The notes under the pieces: model-generated | Seen by the model: the letters and a program-made list of their open reading frames with translations, nothing else | What the model was told of the DNA's origin: nothing | The model's database searches: none | Position numbers and translations under genes: made by a program | Shown here: positions 42,661-57,600 of the stretch, piece after piece | Layout of the letters: each line of letters begins with the position of its first letter | How positions within the stretch are numbered: position 1 is the first letter of the stretch | Source: Eledone cirrhosa | Lineage: Eukaryota | Length of the DNA: 64,000 bases | Direction of reading: 5' to 3' | NCBI GenBank assembly: GCA_964016885.1 | Contig: OZ024744.1 | Coordinates: forward strand, 18,786,001 to 18,850,000

Positions 42661-45600
42661 TGTATGTCTGTGTCTCTGTGTATGTCATTGTATGTTTCTG
42701 TATGTCTGTTTCACTGTGTATGTCACTGTGTCTTTATGTATGTCTGTGTCACTCTGTATGTCACTGTATATTTCTGTATGTCTGTGTCACTGTGTATGTC
42801 ACTGTATGTTTCTGTATGTTTGTGTCACTGTGTATGTCACTGTATGTTTCTGTATGTCTGTTTCACTGTGTATGTCATTGTGTCTTTATGTATGTCTGTG
42901 TCACTCTGTATGTCACTGTATATTTCTGTATGTCTGTGTCACTGTGTATGTCACTGTATGTTTCTGTATGTCTGTGTCACTCTGTATGTCACTGTATGTT
43001 TCTGTATGTCTGTGTCACTGTGTATGTCACTGTATGTTTCTGTATGTCTGTCTCACTGTGTATGCCACTGTGTGTTTCTGTATGTCTGTGTCACTCTGTA
43101 TGTCACTGTATATTTCTGTATGTCTGTGTCACTGTGTATGTCACTGTATGTTTCTGTATGTCTGTGTCACTGTGTATGTCACTGTGTGTTTCTGTATGTC
43201 TGTGTCACTGTATATGTCACTGTAACTTTGTGTATGCCTGTGTCACTGTTTATGTCACTGTATGTTTCTGTATATCTGTTTCACTGTGTATGTCACTGTA
43301 TATTTGTGTATGTCTGTGTCACTCTGTATGTCACTGTGTGTTTCTGTATGTCTGTGTCACTATGTATGCCACTGTATGTTTGTGTTATCTGTGTCATTGT
43401 ATATGTCACTGGGTGTTTCTGTATGTCTGTGTCACTGTGTATGACACTGTGTGTTTCTGTATGTATGTATCACTGTGTATGTCACTGTGTGTTTCTGTAT
43501 GTCTGTGTCACTATGTAAGTCATTGTATCTTTGTGTATGTCACTGTGTATTTCTGTATGTCTGTGTCACTGTGTATGTCACAGTGTGTTTCTGTATATCT
43601 GTGTCACTGTGTATGTCACTGTATGTTTCTGTATGTATGTTTCACTGTGTATGTCACTAAATGTTTGTGTGTGTCTGTGTCTCTGTGTATGTCACTGTGT
43701 GTTTGCGTGTGTCTGTGTCACTGTGTATGTCACTGTGTGTTTCTGTATGTCTGTGTGACTGTGTATGTCACTGTTTGTTTCTGTATGTCTGTGTCACTGT
43801 GTGTGTTTCTGTATGTCTGTGTCACTGTGTATGTCATTGCATCTTTGTGTATGTCTGTGTCACTCTGTATGTCACTGTGTGTTTCTGCATGTCTGTGTCA
43901 CTGTGTATGTCACTGTGTGTTCCTGTATGTCTCTGTCACTGTGTATGTCACTGTATGTTTCTGTATGTCTGTTTCACTGTGTATATCACTGTGTGTTTCT
44001 GTATGTCTGTGTCACTGTATATGTCACTGTATCTTTGTGTATCCCTGTGTCACTGTCTATGTCACTGTATGTTTCTGTATGTCTGTTTCACTGTGTATGT
44101 CACTGTATATTTGTGTATGTCTGTGTCACTCTGTATGTCACTGTGTGTTTCTGTATGTCTGTGTCACTATGTATGCCACTGTATGTTTGTGTTGTCTGTG
44201 TCATTGTGTATGTCACTGGGTGTTTCTGTATGTCTGTGTCACTGTGTATGACACTGTGTCTTTCTGTATGTATGTATCACTGTGTATGTCACTGTGTGTA
44301 TCTGTATGTCTGTGTCGTTATGTAAGTCATTGTATCTTTGTGTATGTCACTGTGTATTTCTGTATGTCTGTGTCACTGTGTATGTCACAGTGTGTTTCTG
44401 TATATCTGTGTCACTGTGTATGTCACTGTATGTTACTGTATGTATGTTTCACTGTGTATGTCACTAAATGTTTGTCTGTGTCTGTGTCTCTGTGTATGTC
44501 ACTGTTTGTTTGCGTGTGTCTGTGTCACTGTGTATGTCACTGTGTGTTTCTGTATGTCTGTGTGACTGTGTATGTCACTGTGTGTGTGTGTATGTCTGTG
44601 TCACTGTATGTTTCTGTAAGTCTGTGTCACTGTGTATGTCACTGTGTGTTTCTGTATGTATGTGTCACCGTGTATGTCACTGTATCTTTGTGTATGTCTG
44701 TGGCACTCTGTATGTCGTTGTGTGTTTCTGTATGTATGTGTCTCTGTGTATGTCACTGTATATTTGTGTATGTATGTGTCACTGTGTATGTCACTGTGAG
44801 TTTCTCTATGTCTGTGTCACTGTGTATGTCACTGTATGTCTCTGTATGTCTGTGTCACTGTCTATGTCACTGTATCTTTGGGTATGTCTGTGTCACTGTG
44901 TATGTCACTGTGTGTTTATGTATTTCTGTGTCTCTGTGTATGCCACTGTATCTTTGTGTATGTCTGCGTCACTGTGTATGTCACTGTGTGTTTCTGTATG
45001 TCTGTGTGACTGTGTATGTCACAGTGTGTTTCTGTATATATGTGTCTCTGTGTATGTCACTGTATCTTTGTGTATGTCTGTGTCACTGTGTGTTTCTGTA
45101 TGCCTGTGTCACTGTGTATGTCACTGTATGTTTGTGTGTGTCTGTGTCACAGTGTATGTCACTGTGTGTTTGTGTATGTCTGTGTCACTGTATGTTTCTG
45201 TATGTCTGTGTCACTGTGTATGTCACTGTTTGTTTCTGTATGTATGTGTCACTGTGTATGTCACCGTATGTGTGTATGTCTGTGTCACGGTGTATGTCAC
45301 TGTATCTTTGTGTATGCCTGTGTCACTGTGTATGTCACTGTGTGTTTCTGTATGTCTGTGTCACTGTGTATGTCACTGTATGTTTGTGTGTGTCTGTGTC
45401 ACTGTGTATGTCAATGTCTCTGTGTGTTTCTGTATGTCTGTGTCTCTGTGTATGTCACTGTATCTTTGTGTATGTATGTGTCACTGTGTATGTCATTGTG
45501 TGTTTCTGTATGTCTGTGTCACTGTGTATATCACTGTGTGTTTCTGTATATCTGTGTCTCTGTGTATGTCACTGTTTGTTTGCGTGTGTCTGTGTCACTG

Positions 45601-48600
45601 TTTATGTCACTGTGTGTTTCTGTATGTCTGTGTGACTGTGTATGTCACTGTGTGTTTGTGTATGTCTGTGTCACTGTATGTTTCTGTATGTCTGTGTCAC
45701 TGTGTATGTCACTGTGTGTTTCTGTATGTATGTGTCACCGTGTATGTCACTGTATCTTTGTGTATGCCTGAGTCACTGTGTATGTCACTGTGTGTTTCTG
45801 TATGTTTGTGTCACTGTGTATGTCACTAAATGTTTGTGTGTGTCTGTGTCTCTGTGTATGTCACTGTGTGTTTGCGTGTGTCTGTGTCACTGTGTATGTC
45901 ACTGTGTGTTTCTGTATGTCTGTGTGACTGTGTATGTCACTGTTTGTTTGTGTATGTCTGTGTCACTGTGTGTGTTTCTGTATGTCTGTGTCACTGTGTA
46001 TGTCATTGCATCATTGTGTATGTCTGTCTTACTCTGTATGTCACTGTGTGTTTCTGCATGTCTGTGTCACTGTGTATGTCACTGTGTGTTTCTGTATGTC
46101 TGTGTCACGGTGTATGTCACTGTATGTTTGTGTGTGACTGTGTCACTGTGTATGTCACTGTGTGTTTGTGTATGTCTGTGTCACTGTATGTTTCTGTATG
46201 TCTGTGTCACTGTGTATGTCACTGTGTGTTTCTGTATGTCTGTGTCACTGTGTATGTCATTGTATCTTTGTGTATGTCTGTGTCACTGTGTCTATTTTAT
46301 ATGTCTGTGTCACTCTGTATGTCACTGTATATTTCTGTATGTCTGTGTCACTGTGTATATCACTGTATGTTTCTGTATGTCTGTGTCACTGTGTATGTCA
46401 CTGTGTGTTTCTGTATGGCTGTGTCACTGTGTATGTCACTGTATCTGTGTGTATGTCCGTGTCACTGTGTATGTCACAGTGTGTTTCTGTATGTCTGTGT
46501 CACTGTCTATGTCACTGTATGTTTCTGAATGTCTGTGTCACTGTGTATGTCACTGTGTGTTTGTGTATGTCTGTGTCACTGTATGTTTCTGTATGTCTGT
46601 GTCACTGTGTATGTCACTGTATGTTTCTGTATGTCTGTGTCACTGTGTATGTCACTGTATATTTGTGTATGTCTGTGTCCCTGTGTATGTCACTGTATGT
46701 TTCTGTATGTTTGTGTCACTGTGTATGTCACTGTATATTTGTGTATGTCTGTGTCCCTGTGTATGTCACTGTGTGTTTCTGTATGTCTGTGTCACTGTGT
46801 ATGTCACTGTGTGTTTCTGTATGTTTGTGTCACTGTGTATGTCACTAAATGTTTGTGTGTGTCTGTGTCTCTGTGTATGTCACTGTTTGTTTGCGTGTGT
46901 CTGTGTCACTGTGTATGTCACTGTGTGTTTCTGTATGTCTGTGTGACTGTGTATGTCACTGTGTGTTTGTGTATGTCTGTGTCACTGTATGTTTCTGTAT
47001 GTCTGTGTCACTGTGTATGTCACTGTGTGTTTCTGTATGTATGTGTCACCGTGTATGTCACTGTATCTTTGTGTATGCCTGAGTCACTGTGTATGTCACT
47101 GTGTGTTTCTGTATGTTTGTGTCACTGTGTATGTCACTAAATGTTTGTGTGTGTCTGTGTCTCTGTGTATGTCACTGTGTGTTTGCGTGTGTCTGTGTCA
47201 CTGTGTATGTCACTGTGTGTTTCTGTATGTCTGTGTGACTGTGTATGTCACTGTTTGTTTGTGTATGTCTGTGTCACTGTGTGTGTTTCTGTATGTCTGT
47301 GTCACTGTGTATGTCATTGCATCATTGTGTATGTCTGTCTTACTCTGTATGTCACTGTGTGTTTCTGCATGTCTGTGTCACTGTGTATGTCACTGTGTGT
47401 TTCTGTATGTCTGTGTCACGGTGTATGTCACTGTATGTTTGTGTGTGACTGTGTCACTGTGTATGTCACTGTGTGTTTGTGTATGTCTGTGTCACTGTAT
47501 GTTTCTGTATGTCTGTGTCACTGTGTATGTCACTGTGTGTTTCTGTATGTCTGTGTCACTGTGTATGTCATTGTATCTTTGTGTATGTCTGTGTCACTGT
47601 GTCTTTATTATATGTCTGTGTCACTCTGTATGTCACTGTATATTTCTGTATGTCTGTGTCACTGTGTATATCACTGTATGTTTCTGTATGTCTGTGTCAC
47701 TGTGTATGTCACTGTGTGTTTGTGTATGTCTGTGTCACTGTATGTTTCTGTATGTCTGTGTCACTGTGTATGTCACTGTGTGGTTCTGTATGTCTGTGTC
47801 ACTGTGTATGACATTGTATCTTTGTGTCTGTCTGTGTCACTGTGTATGTCACTGTATGTTTCTGTATGTTTGTGTCACTGTGTATGTCACTGTGTGTTTC
47901 TGTATGTCTGTGTCCCTGTGTATGTCACTGTATGTTTCTGTATGTCTGTTTCACTGTGTATGTCACTGTGTATTTATGTATGTCTGTGTCACTCTGTATG
48001 TCATTGTATATTTCTGTATGTCTGTGTCACTGTGTATGTCACTGTATGTTTCTGTATGTCTGTGTCACTGTGTATGTCACTGTATGTTTCTGTATGTCTG
48101 TGTCACTGTGTATGTCACTGTATATTTGTGTATGTCTGTGTCCCTGTGTATGTCACTGTATGTTTCTGTATGTTTGTGTCACTGTGTATGTCACTGTATA
48201 TTTGTGTATGTCTGTGTCCCTGTGTATGTCACTGTGTGTTTCTGTATGTCTGTGTCACTGTGTATGTCACTGTGTGTTTCTGTATATTTGTGTCACTGTG
48301 TATGTCACTAAATGTTTGTGTGTGTCTGTGTCTCTGTGTATGTCACTGTTTGTTTGCGTGTGTCTGTGTCACTGTGTATGTCACTGTGTGTTTCTGTATG
48401 TCTGTGTGACTGTGTATGTCACTGTGTGTTTGTGTATGTCTGTGTCACTGTATGTTTCTGTATGTCTGTGTCACTGTGTATGTCACTGTGTGTTTCTGTA
48501 TGTATGTGTCACCGTGTATGTCACTGTATCTTTGTGTATGCCTGTGTCACTGTGTATGCCACTGTGTGTTTCTGTATGTTTGTGTTAATGTGTATGTCAC

Positions 48601-51600
48601 TAAATGTTTGTGTGTGTCTGTGTCTCTGTGTATGTCACTGTGTGTTTGCGTGTGTCTGTGTCACTGTGTATGTCACTGTGTGTTTCTGTATGTCTGTGTC
48701 ACTGTGTATGTCACTGTATGTTTCTGTATGTCTGTTTCACTGTGTATATCACTGTGTGTTTCTGTATGTCTGTGTCACTGTATATGTCACTGTATCTTTG
48801 TGTATGCCTGTGTCACTGTCTATGTCACTGTATGTTTATGTATGTCTGTTTCACTCTGTATGTCACTGTATATTTGTGTATGTCTGTGTCACTCTGTATG
48901 TCACTGTGTGTTTCTGTATGTCTGTGTCACTATGTATGCCACTGTATATTTGTGTTGTCTGTGTCATCGTGTATGTCACTGTGTCTTTCTGTATGTATGT
49001 ATCACTGTGTATGTCACTGTGTGTATCTGTATGTCTGTGTCACTGTGTAAGTCATTGTATCTTTGTGTATGTCTGTGGCACTCTGTATGTCGTTGTGTGT
49101 TTCTGTATGTACGTGTCTCTGTGTATGTCACTGTATATTTGTGTATGTATGTGTCACTGTGTATGTCACTGTGTGTTTCTGTATGTCTGTGTCTCTGTGT
49201 ATGTCACTGTATCTTTGTGTATGTATGTGTCACTGTGTATGTCACTGTGTGTTTCTGTATGTCTGTGTCACTGTGTATATCACTGTGTGTTTCTGTATAT
49301 CTGTGTCTCTGTGTATGTCACTGTATCTTTGTGTATGTCTGGGTCATTGTGTATGTCACTGTATATTTGTGTATGTCTGTGTCACGGTGTATATCACTGT
49401 ATGTTTGTGTATGCCTGTGTCACTGTGTATGTCACTGTATGTTTCTGTATGTCTGTGTCACTGTGTATATCAATGTGTGTTTCTGTATCTCTGTGTCACG
49501 GTGTATGTCACTGCATGTTTGTGTATGTCTGTGTGACTGTGTATGTCACTGTGTGTTTCTGTATGGCTGTGTCACTGTGTATGTCACTGTATCTTTGTGT
49601 ATGTTTGTATCACTGTGTATGTCACTGTGTGTTTATGTATGTCTGTGTCTCTGTGTATGTCACTGTATCTTTGCGTATGTCTGCGTCACTGTGTATGTCA
49701 CTGTGTGTTTCTGTATGTCTGTGTCACTGTGTATGTCACAGTGTGTTTCTGTATATCTGTGTCTCTGTGTATGTCACTGTATCTTTGTGTATGTCTGTGT
49801 CACTGTGTATGTCACTGTATGTTTCTGTATGTATGTTTCACTGTGTATGTCACTAAATGTTTGTGTGTGTCTGTGTCTCTGTGTATGTCACTGTGTGTTT
49901 GCGTGTGTCTGTGTCACTGTGTATGTCACTGTGTGTTTCTGTATGTCTGTGTGACTGTGTATGTCACTGTTTGTTTGTGTATGTCTATGTCACTGTGTGT
50001 GTTTCTGTATGTCTGTGTCACTGTGTATGTCATTGCATCTTTGTGTATGTCTGTGTCACTGTGTATGTCACTGTATGTTTCTGTATGTCTGTGTCACTGT
50101 GTATGTCACTGTATCTTTGTGTATGTCTGTGTCCCTGTGTATGTCACTGTTTGTTTCTGTATGTTTGTGTCACTGTGTATGTCACTGTGTATTTCTGTAT
50201 GTCTGTGTCACTGTGTATGTCACTGTGTGTTTCTGTATGTTTGTGTCACTGTGTATGTCACTAAATGTTTGTGTGTGTCTGTGTCTCTGTGTATGTCACT
50301 GTTTGTTTGCGTGTGTCTGTGTCACTGTGTATGTCACTGTGTGTTTGTGTATGTCTGTGTGACTGTGTATGTCACTGTGTGTTTGTGTATGTCTGTGTCA
50401 CTGTATGTTTCTGTATGTCTGTGTCACTGTGTGTGTCACTGTGTGTTTCTGTATGTATGTGTCACCGTGTATGTCACTGTATCTTTGTGTATGCCTGTGT
50501 CACTGTGTATGTCACTGTGTGTTTCTGTATGTTTGTGTCACTGTGTATGTCACTAAATGTTTGTGTGTGTCTGTGTCTCTGTGTATGTCACTGTGTGTTT
50601 GCGTGTCTCTGTGTCACTGTGTATGTCACTGTGTGTGTTTCTGTATGTCTGTGTCACTGTGTATGTCATTGCATCTTTGTGTATGTCTGTCTCACTCTGT
50701 ATGTCACTGTGTGTTTCTGCATGTCTGTGTCACTGTGTATGTCACTGTGTGTTTCTGTATGTCTGTGTCACTGTGTATGTCACTGTATGTTTCTGTATGT
50801 CTGTTTCACTGTGTATATCACTGTGTGTTTCTGTATGTCTGTGTCACTGTATATGTCACTGTATCTTTGTGTATGCCTGTGTCACTGTCTATGTCACTGT
50901 ATGTTTCTGTATGTCTGTTTCACTGTGTATGTCACTGTATATTTGTGTATGTCTGTGTCACTCTGTATGTCACTGTGTGATTCTGTATGTCTATGTCACT
51001 ATGTATGCCACTGTATATTTGTGTTGTCTGTGTCATTGTGTATGTCACTGGGTGTTTCTGTATGTCTGTGTCACTGTGTATGACACTGTGTCTTTCTGTA
51101 TGTATGTATCACTGTGTATGTCACTGTGTGTATCTGTATGTCTGTGTCACTGTGTAAGTCATTGTATCTTTGTGTATGTCTGTGGCACACTGTATGTCGT
51201 TGTGTGTTTCTGTATGTATGTGTCTCTGTGTATGTCACTGTATATTTGTGTATGTATGTGTCACTGTGTATGTCACTGTGAGTTTCTCTACGTCTGTGTC
51301 ACTGTGTATGTCACTGTATGTCTCTGTATGTCTGTGTCACTGTCTATGTCACTGTATCTTTGTGTATGTCTGTGTCACTGTGTATGTCACTGTGTGTTTA
51401 TGTATTTCTGTGTCTCTGTGTATGCCACTGTATCTTTGTGTATGTCTGCGTCACTGTGTATGTCACTGTGTGTTTCTGTATGTCTGTGTCACTGTGTATG
51501 TCGCAGTGTGTTTCTGTATATATGTGTCTCTGTGTATGTCAATGTATCTTTGTGTATGTCTGTGTCACTGTGTGTTTCTGTATGTCTGTGTCACTGTGTA

Positions 51601-54600
51601 TGTCACTGTATGTTTGTGTGTGTCTGTGTCACTGTGTATGTCACTGTGTGTTTGTGTATGTCTGTGTCACAGTATGTTTCTGTATGTCTGTGTCACTGTG
51701 TATGTCACTGTTTGTTTCTGTATGTATGTGTCACTGTGTATGTCACCGTATGTGTGTGTATGTCTGTGTCACGGTGTATGTCACTGTATCTTTGTGTATG
51801 CCTGTGTCACTCTGTATGTCACTGTGTGTTTTTGTATGTCTGTGTCACTGTGTATGTCACTGTATGTTTGTGTGTGTCTGTGTCACTGTGTATGTCAATG
51901 TCTCTGTGTGTTTCTGTATGTCTTTGTCTCTGTGTATGTCACTGTATCTTTGTGTATGTATGTGTCACTGTGTATGTCACTGTGTGTTTCTGTATGTCTG
52001 TGTCACTGTGTATATCACTGTGTGTTTCTGTATATCTGTGTCTCTGTGTATGTCACTGTATCTTCGTGTATGTCTGGGTCACTGTGTATGTCACTGTATA
52101 TTTGTGTATGTCTGTGTCACTGTGTATGTCACTGTATGTTTCTGTATGTCTGTGTCACTGTGTATATCAATGTGTGTTTCTGTATCTCTGTGTCACGGTG
52201 TATGTCACAGCAGGTTTGTGTATGTCTGTGTGACTGTGTATGTCAATGTGTGTTTCTGTATGGCTGTGTCACTGTGTATGTCACTGTATCTTTGTGTATG
52301 TCTGTGTCACTGTGTATGTCACAGTATGTTTCTGTATGTCTGTGTCACTGTCTATGTCACTGTATGTTTCTGAATGTCTGTGTCACTGTGTATGTCACTG
52401 TGTTTCTGTATGTCTGTGTCACGATGTATGTCACTGTATGTTTGTGTGTGACTGTGTCACTGTGTATGTCACTGTATGTTTGTGTATGTCTGTGTCACTG
52501 TATGTTTCTGTATGTCTGTGTCACTGTGTATGTCACTGTGTGTTTCTGTATGTCTGTGTCACTGTGTATGTCATTGTATATTTGTGTATGTCTGTGTCAC
52601 TGTGTATGTCACTGTATGTTTCTGTAAGTTTGTGTCACTGTGTATGTCACTGTGTGTTTCTGTATGTCTGTGTCTCTGTGTATGTCACTGTATGTTTCTG
52701 TATGTCTGTTTCACTGTGTATGTCACTGTGTCTTTATGTATGTCTGTGTCACTCTGTATGTCACTGTATATTTGTGTATGTCTGTGTCACTGTGTATGTC
52801 ACTGTATGTTTCTGTATGTTTGTGTCACTGTGTATGTCACTGTATGTTTCTGTATGTCTGTTTCACTGTGTATGTCACGGTGTCTTTATGTATGTCTGTG
52901 TCACTCTGTATGTCACTGTATATTTCTGTATGTCTGTGTCACTGTGTATGTCACTGTATGTTTCTGTATGTCTGTGTCACTCTGTATGTCACTGTATGTT
53001 TCTGTATGTCTGTTTCACTGTGTATGTCACTGTATGTTTCTGTATGTCTGTCTCACTGTGTATGTCACTGTGTGTTTCTGTATGTCTGTGTCACTCTGTA
53101 TGTCACTGTATATTTCTGTATGTCTGTGTCACTGTGTATGTCACTGTATGTTTCTGTATGTCTGTGTCACTCTGTATGTCACTGTATGTTTCTGTATGTC
53201 TGTTTCACTGTGTATGTCACTGTATGTTTCTGTATGTCTGTCTCACTGTGTATGTCACTGTGTGTTTCTGTATGTCTGTGTCACTCTGTATGTCACTGTA
53301 TGTTTCTGTATGTCTGTTTCACTGTGTATGTCACTGTATGTTTCTGTATGTCTGTCTCACTGTTTATGTCACTGTATGTTTCTGTATATCTGTTTCACTG
53401 TGTATGTCACTGTATATTTGTGTATGTCTGTGTCACTCTGTATGTCACTGTGTGTTTCTGTATGTCTGTGTCACTATGTATGCCACTGTATGTTTGTGTT
53501 ATCTGTGTCATTGTATATGTCACTGGGTGTTTCTGCATGTCTGTGTCACTGTGTATGACACTGTGTGTTTCTGTATGTATGTATCACTGTGTATGTCACT
53601 GTGTGTTTCTGTATGTCTGTGTCACTATGTAAGTCATTGTATCTTTGTGTATGTCACTGTGTATTTCTGTATGTCTGTGTCACTGTGTATGTCACAGTGT
53701 GTTTCTGTATATCTGTGTCACTGTGTATGTCACTGTATGTTTCTGTATGTATGTTTCACTGTGTATGTCACTAAATGTTTGTGTGGGTCTGTGTCTCTGT
53801 ATATGTCACTGTGTGTTTGCGTGTGTCTGTGTCACTGTGTATGTCACTGTGTGTTTCTGTATGTCTGTGTGACTGTGTATGTCACTGTTTGTTTGTGTAT
53901 GTCTGTGTCACTGTGTGTGTTTCTGTATGTCTGTGTCACTGTGTATGTCATTGCATCTTTGTGTATGTCTGTGTCACTCTGTATGTCACTGTGTGTTTCT
54001 GCATGTCTGTGTCACTGTGTATGTCACTGTGTGTTCCTGTATGTCTGTGTCACTGTGTATGTCACTGTATGTTTCTGTATGTCTGTTTCACTGTGTATAT
54101 CACTGTGTGTTTCTGTATGTCTGTGTCACTGTATATGTCACTGTATCTTTGTGTATCCCTGTGTCACTGTCTATGTCACTGTATGTTTCTGTATGTCTGT
54201 TTCACTGTGTATGTCACTGTATATTTGTGTATGTCTGTGTCACTCTGTATGTCACTGTGTGTTTCTGTATGTCTGTGTCACTATGTATGCCACTGTATGT
54301 TTGTGTTGTCTGTGTCATTGTGTATGTCACTGGGTGTTTCTGTATGTCTTTGTCACTGTGTATGACACTGTGTCTTTCTGTATGTATGTATCACTATGTA
54401 TGTCACTGTGTGTATCTGTATGTCTGTGTCACTGTATATGTCACTGTATCTTTGTGTATCCCTGTGTCACTGTCTATGTCACTGTATGTTTCTATATGTC
54501 TGTTTCACTGTGTATGTCACTGTATATTTGTGTATGTCTGTGTCACTCTGTATGTCACTGTGTGTTTCTGTATGTCTGTGTCACTATGTATGCCACTGTA

Positions 54601-57600
54601 TGTTTGTGTTGTCTGTGTCATTGTGTATGTCACTGGGTGTTTCTGTATGTCTGTGTCACTGTGTAAGCCATTGTATTTTTGTGTATGTCTGTGGCACTCT
54701 GTATGTCGTTGTGTGTTTCTGTATGTATGTGTCTCTGTGTATGTCACTGTATATTTGTGTATGTATGTGTCACTGTGTATGTCACTGTGAGTTTCTCTAT
54801 GTCTGTGTCACTGTGTATGTCACTGTATGTCTCTGTATGTCTGTGTCACTGTCTATGTCAGTGTATCTTTGGGTATGTCTGTGTCACTGTGTATGTCACT
54901 GTGTGTTTATGTATTTCTGTGTCTCTGTGTATGCCACTGTATCTTTGTGTATGTCTGCGTCACTGTGTATGTCACTGTGTGTTTCTGTATGTCTGTGTCA
55001 CTGTGTATGTCACAGTGTGTTTCTGTATATATGTGTCTCTGTGTATGTCACTGTATCTTTGTGTATGTCTGTGTCACTGTGTGTTTCTGTATGTCTGTGT
55101 CACTGTGTATGTCACTGTGTGTTTGTGTATGTCTGTGTCACTGTATGTTTCTGTATGTCTGTGTCACTGTGTATGTCACCGTATGTGTGTGTATGTCTGT
55201 GTCACTGTGTATGTCACTGTATGTTTGTGTGTGTCTGTGTCACTGTGTATGTCAATGTCTCTGTGTGTTTCTGTATGTCTGTGTCTCTGTGTATGTCACT
55301 GTATCTTTGTGTATGTATGTGTCACTGTGTATGTCATTGTGTGTTTCTGTATGTCTGTGTCACTGTGTATATCACTGTGTGTTTCTGTATATCTGTGTCT
55401 CTGTGTATGTCACTGTTTGTTTGCGTGTGTCTGTGTCACTGTTTATGTCACTGTGTGTTTCTGTATGTCTGTGTGACTGTGTATGTCACTGTGTGTTTGT
55501 GTATGTCTGTGTCACTGTATGTTTCTGTATGTCTGTGTCACTGTGTATGTCACTGTGTGTTTCTGTATGTTTGTGTCACTGTGTATGTCACTAAATGTTT
55601 GTGTGTGTCTGTGTCTCTGTGTATGTCACTGTGTGTTTGCGTGTGTATGTGTCACTGTGTATGTCACTGTGTGTTTCTGTATGTCTGTGTGACTGTGTAT
55701 GTCACTGTTTGTTTGTGTATGTCTGTGTCACTGTGTGTGTTTCTGTATGTCTGTGTCACTGTGTATGTCATTGCATCTTTGTGTATGTCTGTCTCACTCT
55801 GTATGTCACTGTGTGTTTCTGCATGTCTGTCTCACTGTGTATGTCACTGTGTGTTTCTGTATGTCTGTGTCACGGTGTATGTCACTGTATGTTTGTGTGT
55901 GACTGTGTCACTGTGTATGTCACTGTGTGTTTGTGTATGTCTGTGTCACTGTATGTTTCTGTATGTCTGTGTCACTGTGTATGTCACTGTGTGTTTCTGT
56001 ATGTCTGTGTCACTGTGTATGTCATTGTATCTTTGTGTATGTCTGTGTCACTGTGTCTTTATGTATGTCTGTGTCACTCTGTATGTCACTGTATATTTCT
56101 GTATGTCTGTGTCACTGCGTATGTCACTGTATCTTTGTGTATGTCCGTGTCACTGTGTATGTCACAGTGTGTTTCTGTATGTCTGTGTCACTGTCTATGT
56201 CACTGTATGTTTCTGAATGTCTGTGTCACTGTGTATGTCACTGTGTGTTTGTGTATGTCTGTGTCACTGTATGTTTCAGTATGTCTGTGTCACTGTGTAT
56301 GTCACTGTGTGTTTCTGCATGTCTGTGTCCCTGTGTATGTCACTGTATGTTTCTGTATGTCTGTTTCACTGTGTATGTCACTGTGTATTTATGTATGTCT
56401 GTGTCACTCTGTATGTCACTGTATATTTCTGTATGTCTGTGTCACTGTGTATGTCACTGTATGTTTCTGTATGTCTGTGTCACTGTGTATGTCACTGTAT
56501 GTTTCTGTATGTCTGTGTCACTGTGTATGTCACTGTATATTTGTGTATGTCTGTGTCCCTGTGTATGTCACTGTGTGTTTCTGTATGTTTGTGTCACTGT
56601 GTATGTCACTGTGTGTTTCTGTATGTCTGTGTCACTGTGTATGTCACTGTGTGTTTCTGTATGTTTGTGTCACTGTGTATGTCACTAAATGTTTGTGTGT
56701 GTCTGTGTCTCTGTGTATGTCACTGTTTGTTTGCGTGTGTCTGTGTCACTGTGTATGTCACTGTGTGTTTCTGTATGTCTGTGTGACTGTGTATGTCACT
56801 GTGTGTTTGTGTATGTCTGTGTCACTGTATGTTTCTGTATGTCTGTGTCACTGTGTATGTCACTGTGTGTTTCTGTATGTATGTGTCACCGTGTATGTCA
56901 CTGTATCTTTGTGTATGCCTGTGTCACTGTGTATGTCACTGTGTGTTTCTGTATGTTTGTGTTACTGTGTATGTCACTAAATGTTTGTGTGTGTCTGTGT
57001 CTCTGTGTATGTCACTGTGTGTTTTTGTGTGTCTGTGTCACTGTGTATGTCACTGTGTGTTTCTGTATGTCTGTGTCACTGTGTATGTCACTGTATGTTT
57101 CTGTATTCTGTTTCACTGTGTATATCACTGTGTGTTTCTGTATGTCTGTGTCACTGTATATGTCACTGTATCTTTGTGTATGCCTGTGTCACTGTCTATG
57201 TTACTGTATGTTTATGTATGTCTGTTTCACTCTGTATGTCACTGTATATTTGTGTATGTCTGTGTCACTCTGTATGTCACTGTGTGTTTCTGTATGTCTG
57301 TGTCACTATGTATGCCACTGTATATTTGTGTTGTCTGTGTCATTGTGTATGTCACTGTGTCTTTCTGTATGTATGTATCACTGTGTATGTCACTGTGTGT
57401 ATCTGTATGTCTGTGTCACTGTGTAAGTCATTGTATCTTTGTGTATGTCTGTGGCACTCTGTATGTCGTTGTGTGTTTCTGTATGTACGTGTCTCTGTGT
57501 ATGTCACTGTATATTTGTGTATGTATGTGTCACTGTGTATGTCACTGTGTGTTTCTGTATGTCTGTGTCTCTGTGTATGTCACTGTATCTTTGTGTATGT

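Noticed and set aside
42240-52640. Duplication offset of exactly 10,000 bp suggesting a synthetic or assembly artefact
   Set aside because: The offset drifts through 9824, 9874, 10000, 10114 and 9765 along the same block and the copies differ by SNPs, so the round number is coincidental.
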